A stretch of 63,693 nt of DNA, counting the filler, from Octopus bimaculoides (Eukaryota), in assembly GCF_001194135.2 (NCBI RefSeq). It is 3 parts of 3 records of this genome, joined end to end, with 100 filler letters (N's around TTAATTAATTAA, not from the genome) between each part and the next. Parts side by side here need not be neighbours in the genome. Positions count along the whole stretch, not along the records: positions 1 to 30,413 come from NC_069000.1; positions 30,514 to 58,070 come from NC_068997.1; 1 more part is not named here. One strand, given 5' to 3'. Numbering within the stretch: the first letter of the stretch is position 1; the number at the start of each line of letters is the position of its first letter. This document shows positions 26,661 to 39,929 of the stretch, one piece after another. The notes beneath the pieces were generated by a model that saw only the letters and a list, made by a program, of their open reading frames with translations, did not search any database and was not told the DNA's origin. The translations under genes and the position numbers were made by a program.

Positions 26661-27452
26661 AGAAAGCATCGTCATTTATATAATATTCATGATTGTGGAT
26701 TAGTACAAGTAACTATCGCAGACACATCTAGAAATGTTTGGAACTGATCAAAATAATATAACAGAAATATGGAATGCTACTGATATAAACAACATCGTAA
26801 AGAGACAAGCGTTGAATTTAAAACTAAATAACTCCAAAAGAATTCAACTTTCATATATGATGATATAATTACTAATTATGGTGCAATTGAACATCTGAAG
26901 TTGATGTCGTTTAACTAAACTCAAGGATAATTATAAAGAATAAATTTAACGTAGAAATTGAGTCTTTGCTAAAATATTCTGGCATTGAAATTATTGAATC
27001 CATTGGTATAAAACTCAAACTCTTACAAGTGTTATTGGTTTTGCTGTATCTATGAGTCAGGCCAACCTGACACCAGGGCAAGTTGCATCAAACCAAACCA
27101 CCATCTATTAACTTTTTCCATATTTTTTTTTTCATTCCCCGAACTGTGAAATCAATATTCTTCTGGATTATATCGTAAATTCACTATCATATTTTTAAGT
27201 GTATTTCAGGTGCTACACCAAAGTCAAAAATTTAATAAATATATATTTTTAAAATTCTTAATATATATATATATATATACATATATGAATGCGCCGTGCG
27301 TGTGAGGTGTACATAATGCAAACAATATTATATATATAAAACAACTTACTTTAATGAATATATTTTAAAAAGTCGGAGAAAACACATAATCATACACACG
27401 CGCACACGTGCAAGCACACTTTGTACATATATACGTACATACATACATACAT

Positions 27453-27483
<31 letters not shown>

Positions 27484-28528
27484 TAACTATGTGTGTGTTT
27501 GTGTGTTTGTGCGTATATACAGTATTTGTATTCATGTTATGCTCAGACGAAATGATGTTTGAACTCTCTTTTATAAACTATATTGAAATTAGTATCTTGA
27601 GTTAATTATTCATCTTACTTCACCCCTTGTGCATTTGCTTCTAAGCAACTGTATATATATTTAATATCATTTTTGCTAAATTATTCATTTAATGATCTAA
27701 AATATTCATGTTTCTTGTTTTTTCTTTAATATTGTAAGCAAGTACATTATACGCTGCATAGTTATCACCGAATAGTTTATCAATGCAAATGAAAGTGGGC
27801 ATGGTAGTGTTTTTGTTACACATGATTTGTCCTAAAAACTGCTAAACTCATCTAAGTTGTCTAACATATAGCAAGGAAAAACACAAAGGGTTTCAAATGC
27901 GTTTTTATTGATGAATAAACCCACTACATATTGATAATAAGAAAATTTTTTCTGCCAGTGAATTGATAATCAAAAATTTAACATTAGGTCCAGATAGAAT
28001 AACAAGATGAGGAATGAGTGTGGAACTTCTCGTTTTCGCAACAAATAAAAGACACATTTAATATCTTGGTATTTTTCAAAAAAGAAAAAGAAATTACATT
28101 AAAATTTTTAATTTCACCTGAAGAACACAGTTCTTTTCACGATGTAATACGTTTATTCATCAATAAAAAACAACTGTAGTGAACGCTAGCCTATCTGTAA
28201 TATTTCTGTTTTTCTTTATGTAAACACCTCACTTGGAACTTTCACTTCATTGAATCTGAATCATAAAAATCTGGATCATAAAAACTATGCCGGCGTGCAT
28301 GCGTATATAATTTAATATATATGTAAACTTATACGTATGTGTATACTGGTGTGTTCATCTACATGTATTTGTAAGTGTTTGGGACAGGTTCGTATATGCA
28401 TGGGTATATGGGGGAGTGTCTGTATACGCTATATGCGCGTATATATTTATCACGATTCTAACTTAAAATCGTTAACATTAACATACGTCGATTCAGATGA
28501 AATCTATGAATAATTCTATATACATACA

Positions 28529-28591
<63 letters not shown>

Positions 28592-28601
28592 NNNNNNNNN
28601 N

Positions 28602-28675
<74 letters not shown>

Positions 28676-29659
28676 TATATATATATATATGAATATACAT
28701 ACATATATATATAAATGAATTGGGAAATGAACTTCGTAAGCAGAAACCTATTTTAGCACATGTACATATACAGATGTATATACATATTTATTAATATGGA
28801 TTTATGTTTCCAGAGAAATATATAGAACATTTATCTTATTTTGTACAATAAATATACGCAATATTATGCATTTTATATATTTTCTCTTGATCTCTTGATT
28901 TAAATTTAATTATAGAATCACGTGTTTAGATCTAGTTATGGGTGTATTTGATTGAGTTAACATGCATTTCAGTTGTAATCTTCTAAATTTGGGTCAATGA
29001 AGGAAAGAATGTGACTAATTAACAAAATGTTCCAAATGTAAGTAAAACAAGAAATCCAAGCAGGTAGTTAAATTATGGAAAAAACATTCTAAAATTCATT
29101 AGCGCTAAGATTTCATTAACAATAGCTACCTTTCTTGCTTTCGGGTTTATTACACCTGTAATAATGAATACACGAAGTACCACGTGTTATGCACTTGAAG
29201 ATGACTGAGTAGATGAATGCGTCAAGCATTAGTAGTATTTTTTTGCGACATGACATCAGATTTCCAAAATAAATTGCATTTCGATGACTTTACAGTTATT
29301 TTGTTCTATATAGCGTGACATTACTTCCTTCATTTTATTGCTTCTGAAATTGGTAAAATGAAACTGCGTGATATAATTCAAGAGAATTCACTTTCAAATA
29401 AAATGTAAAAATTCTACATTATGCATTGAACGCCTTTCAACTTGTCCCAAATAGCCATCATATGCATGTGTGTGTATGTGTGTGTGTGTGTGTGTGTGTG
29501 TTTGTGTGTGCGTGCGTGTGTGTGTATGCCTTTGTGTGCATGTAGAATTATGTTTCTTTGTCGGTTTAACTTTCTCTTAGAGCAAACGTATTGCATATGC
29601 CTTGCATGCTTTTAATAAAGTGTTGTAGCTTTATGTCAAAATCTTGTGTAGAGAGACAG

Positions 29660-29871
29660 TGGTGAGCTGGCAGAAACGTTAGCATGCCTGGCGAAATACT
29701 TAGCGGTATTTCGTCCGTCTTTACGTTCTGATTTCAAATTCCGCCGAGGTCGACTTTGCCTTTCATCCTTTTGGGGTCGACAAATTAAGTACCAGTTGCG
29801 TACTAGGATCCTTCTAATAGACTGGCCCCTCCCCAAAAATTTCGGGCCTTGTGCCTAGAGTAGAAAAGAAT
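29660..29871 (+). mobile_element. SINE family A monomer (tail-2) with TSD
   Basis: Head, core, tail-2; TSD ATCTTGTGT(A/T)GAGAGACAG. Confidence 0.88.
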
Positions 29872-30522
29872 ATCTTGTGTTGAGAGACAGGTAGATCACC
29901 TTTCTTCCAGGACCACTTTCTGAATACCTTTCCAATTAGCGTTAAGAAAATTCGGGCAAGAAAAGAGTTTGTTGCATGAATTAAACTGCACTTTCTACGG
30001 ATCATACATTGGTTGTTCAGCTAAGTTATGATTCGTAAAGATCGTTGGTGTCACCTTAACATTATGGATGAACACCGTGTTAATTGTGAAGTAGACGTTG
30101 GACATTTTTATGCCTTGTTGAATGGAATACTACACATACATTCCTACATGTATACCCCAACACTCACACTAACACATACAACTATATTGTTATATACCGC
30201 CGGCTTCGTGACATTGTTTTCGGTTTCCAATGATGTCACCATGCACCCAAGGCAGTCAAATTAAAATCCCTCTAACCGGAGCGACAGTCCAACACAGGCT
30301 TTACTCACATGTAGCTGAGTGGACTGAAGCAATGAAAAGATGAAATGTTTTGTTCAAGAACACAACCCACTTCTGGTCAGTGTATCGAGACGGTGATCGT
30401 GTGCACAACACCCNNNNNNNNNNNNNNNNNNNNNNNNNNNNNNNNNNNNNNNNNNNNTTAATTAATTAANNNNNNNNNNNNNNNNNNNNNNNNNNNNNNN
30501 NNNNNNNNNNNNNATATATATA

Positions 30523-31810
30523 GCAGGTCATCCCATAAGTTTTGTTCAAATTTTGAATAAAGGAAAAAAAGGGATCAAAAATTATATTTAATTGAAATTT
30601 AATCGTCAATGTACTTTCCCTGATTATCTATGACTTCCTTCCATCTATTTACAAGCTTTTTAATCTCATCAATGTAAAACTCTTTTGGTTTCAAAGCGAA
30701 GAACTCTGAAATGTCAGTTTCGACCTCCTCCTGGCTTGCGAAAGTTACGTCCCCTAAATGATTCTGTAAACTACGAAACAAATGGTAGTCTGAAGGAGCA
30801 AGGACAGGAGAATAAGGTGGATGAGGAATTGTTTTCCCAACCAAGCTCTTCGACCTTCTGTGATGTGATCTTTGCAGTGTGGGATCGCGCATTGTCCTGA
30901 TGAGACGTCACTCCATTTCGATTTTCTAAAGCGGGTCTTTTTTCTTTAAAGCTTGGTTCAAACGCTCTAATTGCTGACAGTAGACTTGAACATTGATTGT
31001 TGCATTAGGTGGTAACAATCCAAAGTTAATTACTCCTTTGCAATCCCACCAGATAGAGCGAAGAACCTTTATTCCATGAAGTTGCCTTCTCGGTTGCGGC
31101 TGAGCCTTTCCCCTTTTACCAAGTCACTGTTTACAATGTTTAACATTTCAATAGAAGATCCATTTTTCGCCACCAGTCACGAGTCTATCCAAAAAGGGTG
31201 AAATGAGTTCGTGAGAGTGGAGAGAAGACCAGATGTCAACTCGGGATTCGCGGTTGCTTTTGCACAATTCATGAGGCACCCATTTTCCAAGTTTAAGAAC
31301 CTTTCCAAGATGTTGAAGATGACGATGAGCAGTTGTATGGTTTAAACTAAGCTTTATTGCCAATTCGTCAATTGATAATGCAGGATTTTCTTCAAGTAAT
31401 GCCTCAAGGAGCTTATCATCAAACTCAACTGGACGTCCTGTTCGATCTTCATCTTCAAGGCTGAAATCACCACCTCTGAATTTTGCAAACCATCTTCTGT
31501 AAGTTCTTTCATTCAAGCATTCTTTGCCATAAACTGAGTGTATGTTTTGAGTCGCTTCGGCTACAGTGTTTCCTCTTTTGTACTCATAGAGCATTATGTG
31601 CCTCAAATGCTCTTTGGATACTTCCATGTTAGAAAGAGTTTTAATCAAAGAAATTTTAATTCTAGTAATCGGTAAAATAATATCTAATTAGTTTAAATGT
31701 ACACAAATGCATAAACATAACTTTTAATTACATTAGACATTCAAAATACTGTTAAATTTCATTCAATTTTAAAAAAGGGAAAATCGGAAAGAACATACGG
31801 GATGACCTGT
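30523..31810 (-). mobile_element. Full-length (1288 bp) mariner DNA transposon, transposase disrupted
   Basis: TIRs CAGGTCATCCC(A/G)TA(A/T)GTT at both ends, TA at 30521-22 and 31811-12. Transposase pieces 31648-31148 (HTH, WVPHEL) and 30892-30599 (HPPYSPVLAPSDYHLF); reading frame broken between them. Confidence 0.93.
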
Positions 31811-31813
31811 TAG

Positions 31814-31844
<31 letters not shown>

Positions 31845-31864
31845 AAGAGATATAGCATCAGCAT

Positions 31865-33425
31865 CACATCATGTGGAAGACAACTGGAGGTTTCTACGGA
31901 ACAACCTGCTGAGTGCTACTGACCAGATCTGTGGATGGTGCAAAGTCCCCTCTCGACCCAAAGTAACGTGGTGGAGGAACAATGTGGTTGACAGGGTTAT
32001 TAGACAAAAGAAACAGGCTTGGAAGGACTGGAAGAACGGACGTAGCAGGGAAGTGTATCAGACTGCCAGAAGGGAAGCTAGGAGACAGGTTTATGTAGCC
32101 AGAGGGGAAGCAGATAAGAAAACATTTGCCAATGTTCTGCGCTGTGAGGACAAAAGACTTGAAGTATTGCGTGTTGCAAGAGAAAACCGTGATGTAGGAC
32201 AGAAATGTGTCCGCATGGATGATGGTACACTTGCACTGAATGAGGCTGCAAAGAAAGAGATTTGGAGCCGCCACTACAAAAGATTGCTCAATATAGAGAA
32301 TGAATGGGAGAAAGAGAGCCTGCCAAATGTCGTCCCAACAGAGGGACCAGCTATCCGAATTAACAGTACTTTGGTAGATAAAGCAATCAAGAGTATGAAG
32401 ACAGGGAAAGCCCCCGGCCCATCAAGAATCACTGCAGAGATGCTCAAAATATCTGACAGCATCGACTATAGCCTAGTTACCTGAATAGTTAACCAGGTGA
32501 TACATGAAGGAGTCATACCCAATGACTGGTGTAGCTGCACCTTAGTCAACTGCTACAAAGGTAAAGGTGATGCTTTAGATACAAATAATTACAGAGGTAT
32601 CAAGTCGTAGGATCAGATAATGAAGGTCACAGAGAGGGTCATAGCCCAACTAATTAGGGAGAGAGTCAGTTTAGATGAGATGTAGTTTGGGTTCTTGCCA
32701 GGTAAGAGCATCACTGATGCTATATTTCTGGTAAGACAGCTGCAGGAGGAATACCTAGCCAAAGATAAACCTCTGTACCTGGCTTTTGTTGACATGTAGA
32801 AAGCCTTTGACAGAGTCCTCCGTTCCCTGATCTGGTGGTCAATGAAGAAACTAGGGATAGATGAATGGTTAGTGAGAGCTGTGCAAGCCATGTACAGGGA
32901 CGCTGTCAGTAAGGTGAGAGTTGGCAACGAGTACAGTGAAGAAATCCGGGTAGAGGTAGGGATCCACCAAGGTTCAGTCCTCAGCCCCCTCCTATTTATC
33001 ATAGTCCTCCAGGCAATAACAGAGGAATTCAAGACAGGATGCACCTGGGAGCTCCCCTATGCTGATGACCTTGCTCTATTTGCTGAGTCACTCTCAAAAC
33101 TAGAAGAAAAGTTTCAGGCGTGGAAGTAAGGATCAGAATCGAAGGGCCTTAGAGTCAACCTAGCTAAAACCAAAATCGTAATAAGTAGTAAGGCAGACAA
33201 ACCACAAATCCCTTCAGGTAGATGGCCCTGCTCGATCTGTAGAAAAGGCGTAGGTAGAAACTCTATAAGATGTACCCAGTGTAAGCTATGGACACATAAG
33301 AGGTGTAGCAATATCAAAGGAAGGCTAACTAGCAAGATATTTTGTATGTGGTAGATGCTCAGGAGCAATAAACACTGAAAATGTTCAGAGAACAACTTCC
33401 GCCACATTCAAGGGAGAAATACTAG
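31865..33425 (+). mobile_element. RTE-clade LINE fragment (RT), degenerate
   Basis: KTGKAPGPS, NCYKGKGDALDTNNYRGI, GIHQGSVLSPLLF, YADDL; in-frame stops. Confidence 0.9.
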
Positions 33426-34859
33426 AATGTAAAGTTCCATCTTTGTAATATTCATTTGTTGAAATAGGGCCCGGGGAGCAATACTTCTTTTTGTAGTGAC
33501 AAATGGAATAGTACCAAGTGTGTCTGATGTGTGGCACTGACTTTCAATGAGACGGAATTTGAAGCCAAAGTATTAGAATGCATATGGCTTTATAAAAGCT
33601 GCATAAAGGAAACGGTACAAAAGTTATTTGACCAATAAAGCTTGCAGAAATAACAATATATTGTTGACATATTACTAGAAGAAGACAATGAGTCCTAACT
33701 CACTGCAGGTCAAAGGGTTGTGAATTCTGGTATTTGTGATAGATTTCGACAGCAAGAATCTGGAACTGGCTTCCTGAAAGTTAATGGCAAATCTGTAAAG
33801 ACATTTTTGCTTAAGTCTATTTCTTGCCAAAGTCTGACAATATATAAACAAAAAGAACTGTTTATGACACGGATTGGTTTATTGTGGGTCCTAGGTTGCT
33901 AGGGAGTGGCCCACACACTATAATTTCAGGACCGTCCTCTACAGAACATGTAGAATGAGATGGGCAATATCAGGTTCCCAATAACTCAGTTATAGTTCTG
34001 AGTGGTACAACCTTAACCAACTCATCTGCCATTGTCCACCTTCTCCAGTTCAAATACTGTTGTAATTAACTATTGTTGTTGCCTACTTTGCTTACTTTGC
34101 GGCAGGGATCTTGAAAGGTTTGGTTATATTCTGTCTGGATTCACTTTTTTAATTTATCACCATGTGCGGACCGACAAGAGTGCTAGATACTGTTTGCATT
34201 GTCCTCAGAGTTAATGGACCACGCAAACCTCTTCTACATTAAGGAATGTCTATCAATATAATGCTACATCCATTGCTGCTGTATTTTAGCGACATCTGTT
34301 TTTAAACTCTTCTTGGTCTTGACGTACCCCTGTACCAAATTGTCATGAGTTTGAGAATCAGACAAGTTCTTAAGAGAGGTCAAATGGTAGTCTTGGATTA
34401 TTACACAATGGTAAAAGAATGAGCTTTGGAAGCTCTAGGCAAATCAATGAAGGATAGTATGACAATAGATCTTCAAAAGGCAGAGTAGCTGTGTTGTTGT
34501 CAAGTGATTTCCATGTGACCCAACCAATGATCCCAAAAGAGAAAAACAAAAACAATGAAGTTCATGCATTATTTCGGCGTCACTATAAACCATAATTTCG
34601 GCGTCACTATAAACCATAATTAAAATCTTGATCTGAAATCGTGTGCTGAAACAAAAACAACTGCAGCGTGGGAGATGTTTCTAAGCCATTCAAGAACCCA
34701 CAAATACCGTAAGTTTCCCTTCAACATTAAAATATAACTTATATCAAAATATTTTCGTCCCTTTGAACCCACGACCTGTTCACTGACAAAACTTCGTGCT
34801 GTATCTGAGAAAGTAGCAGTTAGTTTATGATATATAAGTGTGTTTATGTATGTATGTCT

Positions 34860-37800
34860 GGTCGCACTTGAGTACTACTGGTAACATGTAACCCATTAAA
34901 ACCTGTTGCATTGTCGGGTCGTTGGTAGCTAAACTGGCAACTCCACCAGGTTTGCATGGTGAGGAGGGTGATTGTTGGACACCCTGCCGGATGAAAAGTA
35001 AGACCCGTCAAAGATCGGAGGAACTCATAAGCTGTAAATGGCCATTCAACAAATATTTGTAAATATATTTATATCAACTCAAGAGTTGGAAATAACTACG
35101 TTTCATGGCCTGTTTTAGGCCGACATGGGATTGAAAAATATGATAAAAATGGAGTAGCGCTTTTGACGTTTTGAACTGAGAATAATCTGGTTCTCACCAA
35201 CACTCTGTTTAAGCAGAAAAATAAACATAAAACCACCTGGATGCACCCATGATCTAAACACTGGTATCTCATATATTATATTTGGATCAGAAAACGTGAT
35301 ATGAAAGATGTTTCTAGTGTTTGGGTCATGAGAAGAGCACAGGGCTGGACTGACCATTATCTAGAGCATAGAAAAATAAATTTTTCGATAATGCCTAAAA
35401 GTCGACAGTTTGGTCCTATGGCACGCAAGAAGTTAAATGTTGTAAACTTCAAAACAATCTATGGGAAGACGTCAAAACAAAAGTATTTCAGGCTGCAAAT
35501 TTGTCAGTGAGATTTAAATTGCGAACGTCCAGTAACTAGTTTTCAGAAAAAATCAGCAGAAATTAATGATCTACTTTCAGAAAAACAAAACTTGGGGAAT
35601 ACACTTCTTTCTCAGTCCTTGAACCCCAACACAAACAAAGCTTACAGAACGCTGAAAGGGTAAGTGATGACTGCTCCAAGGAAAATTAAACAGGAATGGT
35701 AGAATGATAGAGTAAAAGAGGCACAAGAAGCAGCTGATAGAAATGAAGCCATGGGTTTGTACTAAGGAGGTATATGGCCTAAAATCCTCTTCAATAGCCC
35801 CAGTGAGAACAGCAAATGGACGTTTGCTTATGACTGATACAGCTACTATTCATAAACGCTGAGTAGAACATATTTCTGCACTTCTGAATAGACCATCATC
35901 CGCTAACTTGAGGATGATAGAAAAAAATTGAATACCTTCTAGTTATAGAAAAGTTGGCATTTGAGCCAACTCTAAATTATATTTATTTAGCTGTGAATAA
36001 GCTGAATAGTAATAAGTCTCCAGGGTCTGATGGAATCTGTGTGAGAAGTCTTGAAATATGGGGGTGACAAAATGTTTGAACTCTTAACTATATTAATTTG
36101 TCAATGTTAGAGAATTGAGAAAGTGCTCAAGACTGGCTTGATGCCATTTTAGTCTCCTTGTCTAAATCGAGGCCAAAGGATCTGTGTGGTAATTTTCGTG
36201 GGATTTCGCTTTTGGCTGTAGTTGGAAAAGTACTTGCCCGCATTCTGTTAGAACATTTAAATACCTTCATAGTTTCAAATAAGGTGTCTGAGTCTTAGTG
36301 TGGCTTTCACTCCTCCAGGGGGACAGTTGATTGTATCTTTACTATCAGACCATTTCATGAAAGGTGCATTGAACAAAATCTTGCCTTATACCACTGCTTT
36401 GTTTATTTGAGCAAAACATTCAATACTGTTGATCGAAATGCTCTGTGGCTAATTCTAAGGAAAATAGGTTGCCCAGAAAAAATTGTTAACATGATCAGGG
36501 CTTTGCATCAAGATATGAAACCTAGAGTTAATTTTGATGGTAGAATCTCTGAATGTTTTGCTGTGGAAAATGGAGTAAAGCAAGTAGACCTTGATGCACC
36601 CACCCTCTTTGCAATACATTGTATTGTTGTGTTGTCACACGCTTTTCAAAACACCGAGAAGAGTATTTACATAAAATATCAAACAACAGGGAATATTTTT
36701 AATCTGACCAGAATGAAATTCAAAACGAAGGTTTTTTTTACTTCACTCACTAGAGTACACTTATGCACTGACGATTGCAATCTGGTCAGTCATTCTGAAA
36801 GAGGTCTGCAATCTCTTGTACCTGCATTTGTCTTGGCTTGTGATGATTTTAGCTTGACCATCAACTTGGAACAAAACAGTTGTAATGAATCAACTTGCAT
36901 GTTGTACAACACCCTTAAAATTTTTGTTAAAGGTAAATTACTTGAGGTTGTTGATTCTTTCATCTACCTTGGAAGATCTGTACAAAATGATGGAAATCTG
37001 GACACAGAAATACATCCGCGAATTCAAAGGGCAGCACAAGTATTTAATGGCTTGGAGTCATACCTTGGGCGCCAACGACATATAAATAACAATACAAAAT
37101 TCGCTCTTTACAAATCATTTATCTTAGCATCCCTGTTGTATTCCTCTAAAATATGGACATTTTATGAAAGACATTTCAAATTGTTTGAACAATTCCACCA
37201 AAAGTGCCTTCATCGCATTTTGAACACTAAATGGAATTCTTTTACTCCAGACACAGATGTCCTTGCGTCTGCGGGCATCACCTCAATTAAAGCAATGATA
37301 CTGAAAAACTAAATGAGATAATGGGGCCATATTGTTCAAATGGTGGATGAACGCATAACCAAACAGCTGTTTTATGGTGAGCTTGCAGATGGGAAACGCT
37401 ATCGGTGTAAACCTAAGAAAAGGTTTAAGGACGGCATGAGGACTACTATGAAGTCACTTGGAATGGATACAGACGACAAAAACCCTTGCTTTGGATCGAG
37501 CTGGATGGTGAACAACAAAAGTGTAGGGTGGAGTAAAAGCGTTTGAAGAGGCCAGGATAACGCATGCAAGACTCGAGAGAAATTTAAAGAATAATGTTAC
37601 GATCGAGAAGATGAATCACAATGACCTTTTTGTGTGTACAGTTTGTGACATACCATGCCTTTCTTTTGCTGGGCTCAAATCTCATTTGCAAACTCATGGA
37701 AAGCGAATCTCCACCAACTATTCTGCCTATATGTCTGTGTATACCTTTCAATGCAATGTATGCCAAGAGGTATGCAATCTAATGGAAACCTCAAAAGACA

Positions 37801-37975
37801 TTTAAGATCCACAAAGATCAGAACTTATCTGCAGCTCTTGGTGGTCCAAATCAGATATGCAATCGGTGTGGGTGTCTTTTCAAAATATTGTCTGGTTTAA
37901 AAAGCTACATCAGATGCCATGATAGTTCTAAGGTGTAGGTACAGGAGGTGGATAAGGAGTAGAGAACCACTATGT
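34860..37975 (+). mobile_element. RTE-BovB-like LINE, near full length, degenerate, with C2H2 tail
   Basis: APE endonuclease remnant (TNTLFKQKNKHKTTWMHP), RT (NKSPGSDG, KTFNTVDR, GVKQ), QLFYGELADGKR motif, zinc fingers at 37620-37925, then an (ATGT)n tail. Confidence 0.88.
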
Positions 37976-38344
37976 ACGTATGTATGCATGTAAGTATGCA
38001 TATGTGTACATGCGTATGCATACATATACGCATGTATGTATGTATGTATGTATGTATATATGTATGCATGTATGTATGTATATATGTATGTATGTATGTA
38101 TGTGAGTATTTACGTATGTGTGTAGACGTGTCTGCATGTATGTATAAGTGTATGTATATGTGAACATTTATTTTTCTTTTCTCCTTTTATTTTCGTATAT
38201 TACATAGATACACACATACACACACAGACACACACACACACACACATATATTATATAAATATTTATACACACATACCCATATTACATGCATATAAACATT
38301 CATACACGCATACAGACTCATGTAAGTATGTATGTGTGTATGAC

Positions 38345-38755
38345 TGTGTATATGCATGTGCGTATGGGTGGTTGGTTGGCACTCCGTCGGTTACGACGAC
38401 GAGGGTTCCAGTTGATCCGAACAACGGAACAGCCTGCTCGTGAAATTAACGTGCAAGTGGTTGAGCACTCTACAGACACGTGTACCCTTAACGTAGTTCT
38501 CGGGGAGATTCAACGTGACATAGAGTGCGACAAGGCTGGCCTTTTGAAATACAAGTACAACAGAAACAGGAAGAAAGAGTGAGAGAAAGTTGTAGTGAAA
38601 GAGTACAGCAGGGTTCGCCACCATCCCTTGCCGGAACCTCGTGGAACTTTAGGCGTTTTCGCTCAATAAACACCCACAACGCCCGGTCTGGGAATCGAAA
38701 CTGCGATCCTACGACCGCGAATCCACTGCCCTAACCACTGGGCCATTGCGCCTCC
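38345..38755 (-). mobile_element. tRNA-derived SINE family C
   Basis: Reverse strand starts GGAGGCGCAATGGCCCAGTGGTTAGG (A-box) ... GTTTCGATTCC (B-box), followed by a non-tRNA body. Confidence 0.75.
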
Positions 38756-39539
38756 ACGCGTATGGGTATGAATGTATGTATACACATATAGATGTATATG
38801 TCTATGATGTAAAATACAAAAGAAATGAAGAAAGAAGAGTATTTGAGTTTAACCGTTGTATGTAAAAGAAGAGACATATATGTGTAGATGGATAAACGTA
38901 TATGTGTGTATACTGTAAGATTATGCGTATAAATATGTGTGTATACGTATTTATATGATTGGCTGTGCTTGTACATATGTATAGGCATGTTTATATTTGC
39001 TTGTATGAATCTAAAGTAGTGTATCTATTCACTGTTAGACAGTGGTGAAAGGAACATATATACATACAACCTTCGATAGAGTAATAGTTATATGTGCAAC
39101 TTGAACAAAGAGGAAGAATAGCAACCAGGTCACCAGCCTAAATGTGAAAACACAATTCCATAAAAGATTATATAAAATATTTATAAAAATGAAAAATACA
39201 TTTGGAGAAAGCATAATGATGAGAGACTAAAACTTCATAGAGAAAATACAGGCATGTTTCAAACTTATTGTGACCTCATTAGCCAAGCACTGACATCACT
39301 GTACTTGTCAGAATAGTGATAGGAAAATCGTTGAGTAAAGGTGGATTGGATGGCATAGACAAATAGAATTGTCTCGATAGAAATATATTAGCATTAACTA
39401 AACAATGACTTATAAAACACTTGTTCCCTATTAAAAACAGAAATTTCATAAGATGTATGTGTAAATTTAAAAAGTTATTCTTAACATTTCATCTTAGCTC
39501 TAGAGATTATGTTTAGATTTTTTTGACATAACAACTTAC

Positions 39540-39714
39540 TTGGGATTTTCTTTTGTAAAATAGCATTTTCTAAATTTTTTCTGAACTCCGTTTCTACTCC
39601 AGAAGTTTCTTGGGTACCATTATCAACAAGGATAAAATGTGAATGATTAGGATCCAAAGCAGATGGTGTTGGGTTATTGTCATGTTTTATCTCATATTCT
39701 GCAGGCCATGATCC
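39540..39714 (-). CDS. TRPM: TRPM channel exon, next MHR1/2 exon
   Basis: Not in the ORF track. My translation: GSWPAEYEIKHDNNPTPSALDPNHSHFILVDNGTQETSGVETEFRKNLENAILQKKIP, containing the TRPM LDPNHSHFILVDNG motif. TTTAG acceptor, GTAAGT donor at 39539; starts in phase 0, matching the 45292 exon, and ends in phase 1. Confidence 0.9.
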
Positions 39715-39929
39715 CTAAAAATTAAATCAATATTTTAGCTGTTATACATATTATCAACATCATTGTAATCTAACAAAATGATAATGCATCTTTTGCTATG
39801 ACAAAATAATACAGCAAAACGGGATGGGAGGGGAACAACGAGAGACAAAAAGAGAGGGGGAACGGGAGGGAGAGAAAGAAAGAAAGGTGGAAAGAGGGAG
39901 GGAGAGAAATAGAGAATATAAGAATATGG

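Noticed and set aside
30458-30469. TTAATTAATTAA embedded in N-runs (also 58115-58126)
   Set aside because: Identical 12-mer in the middle of two gaps, with stops in all frames: a scaffolding spacer, not biology.
38680-38755. tRNA-like sequence
   Set aside because: No acceptor-stem closure; continues into a SINE body, so it is a SINE head.
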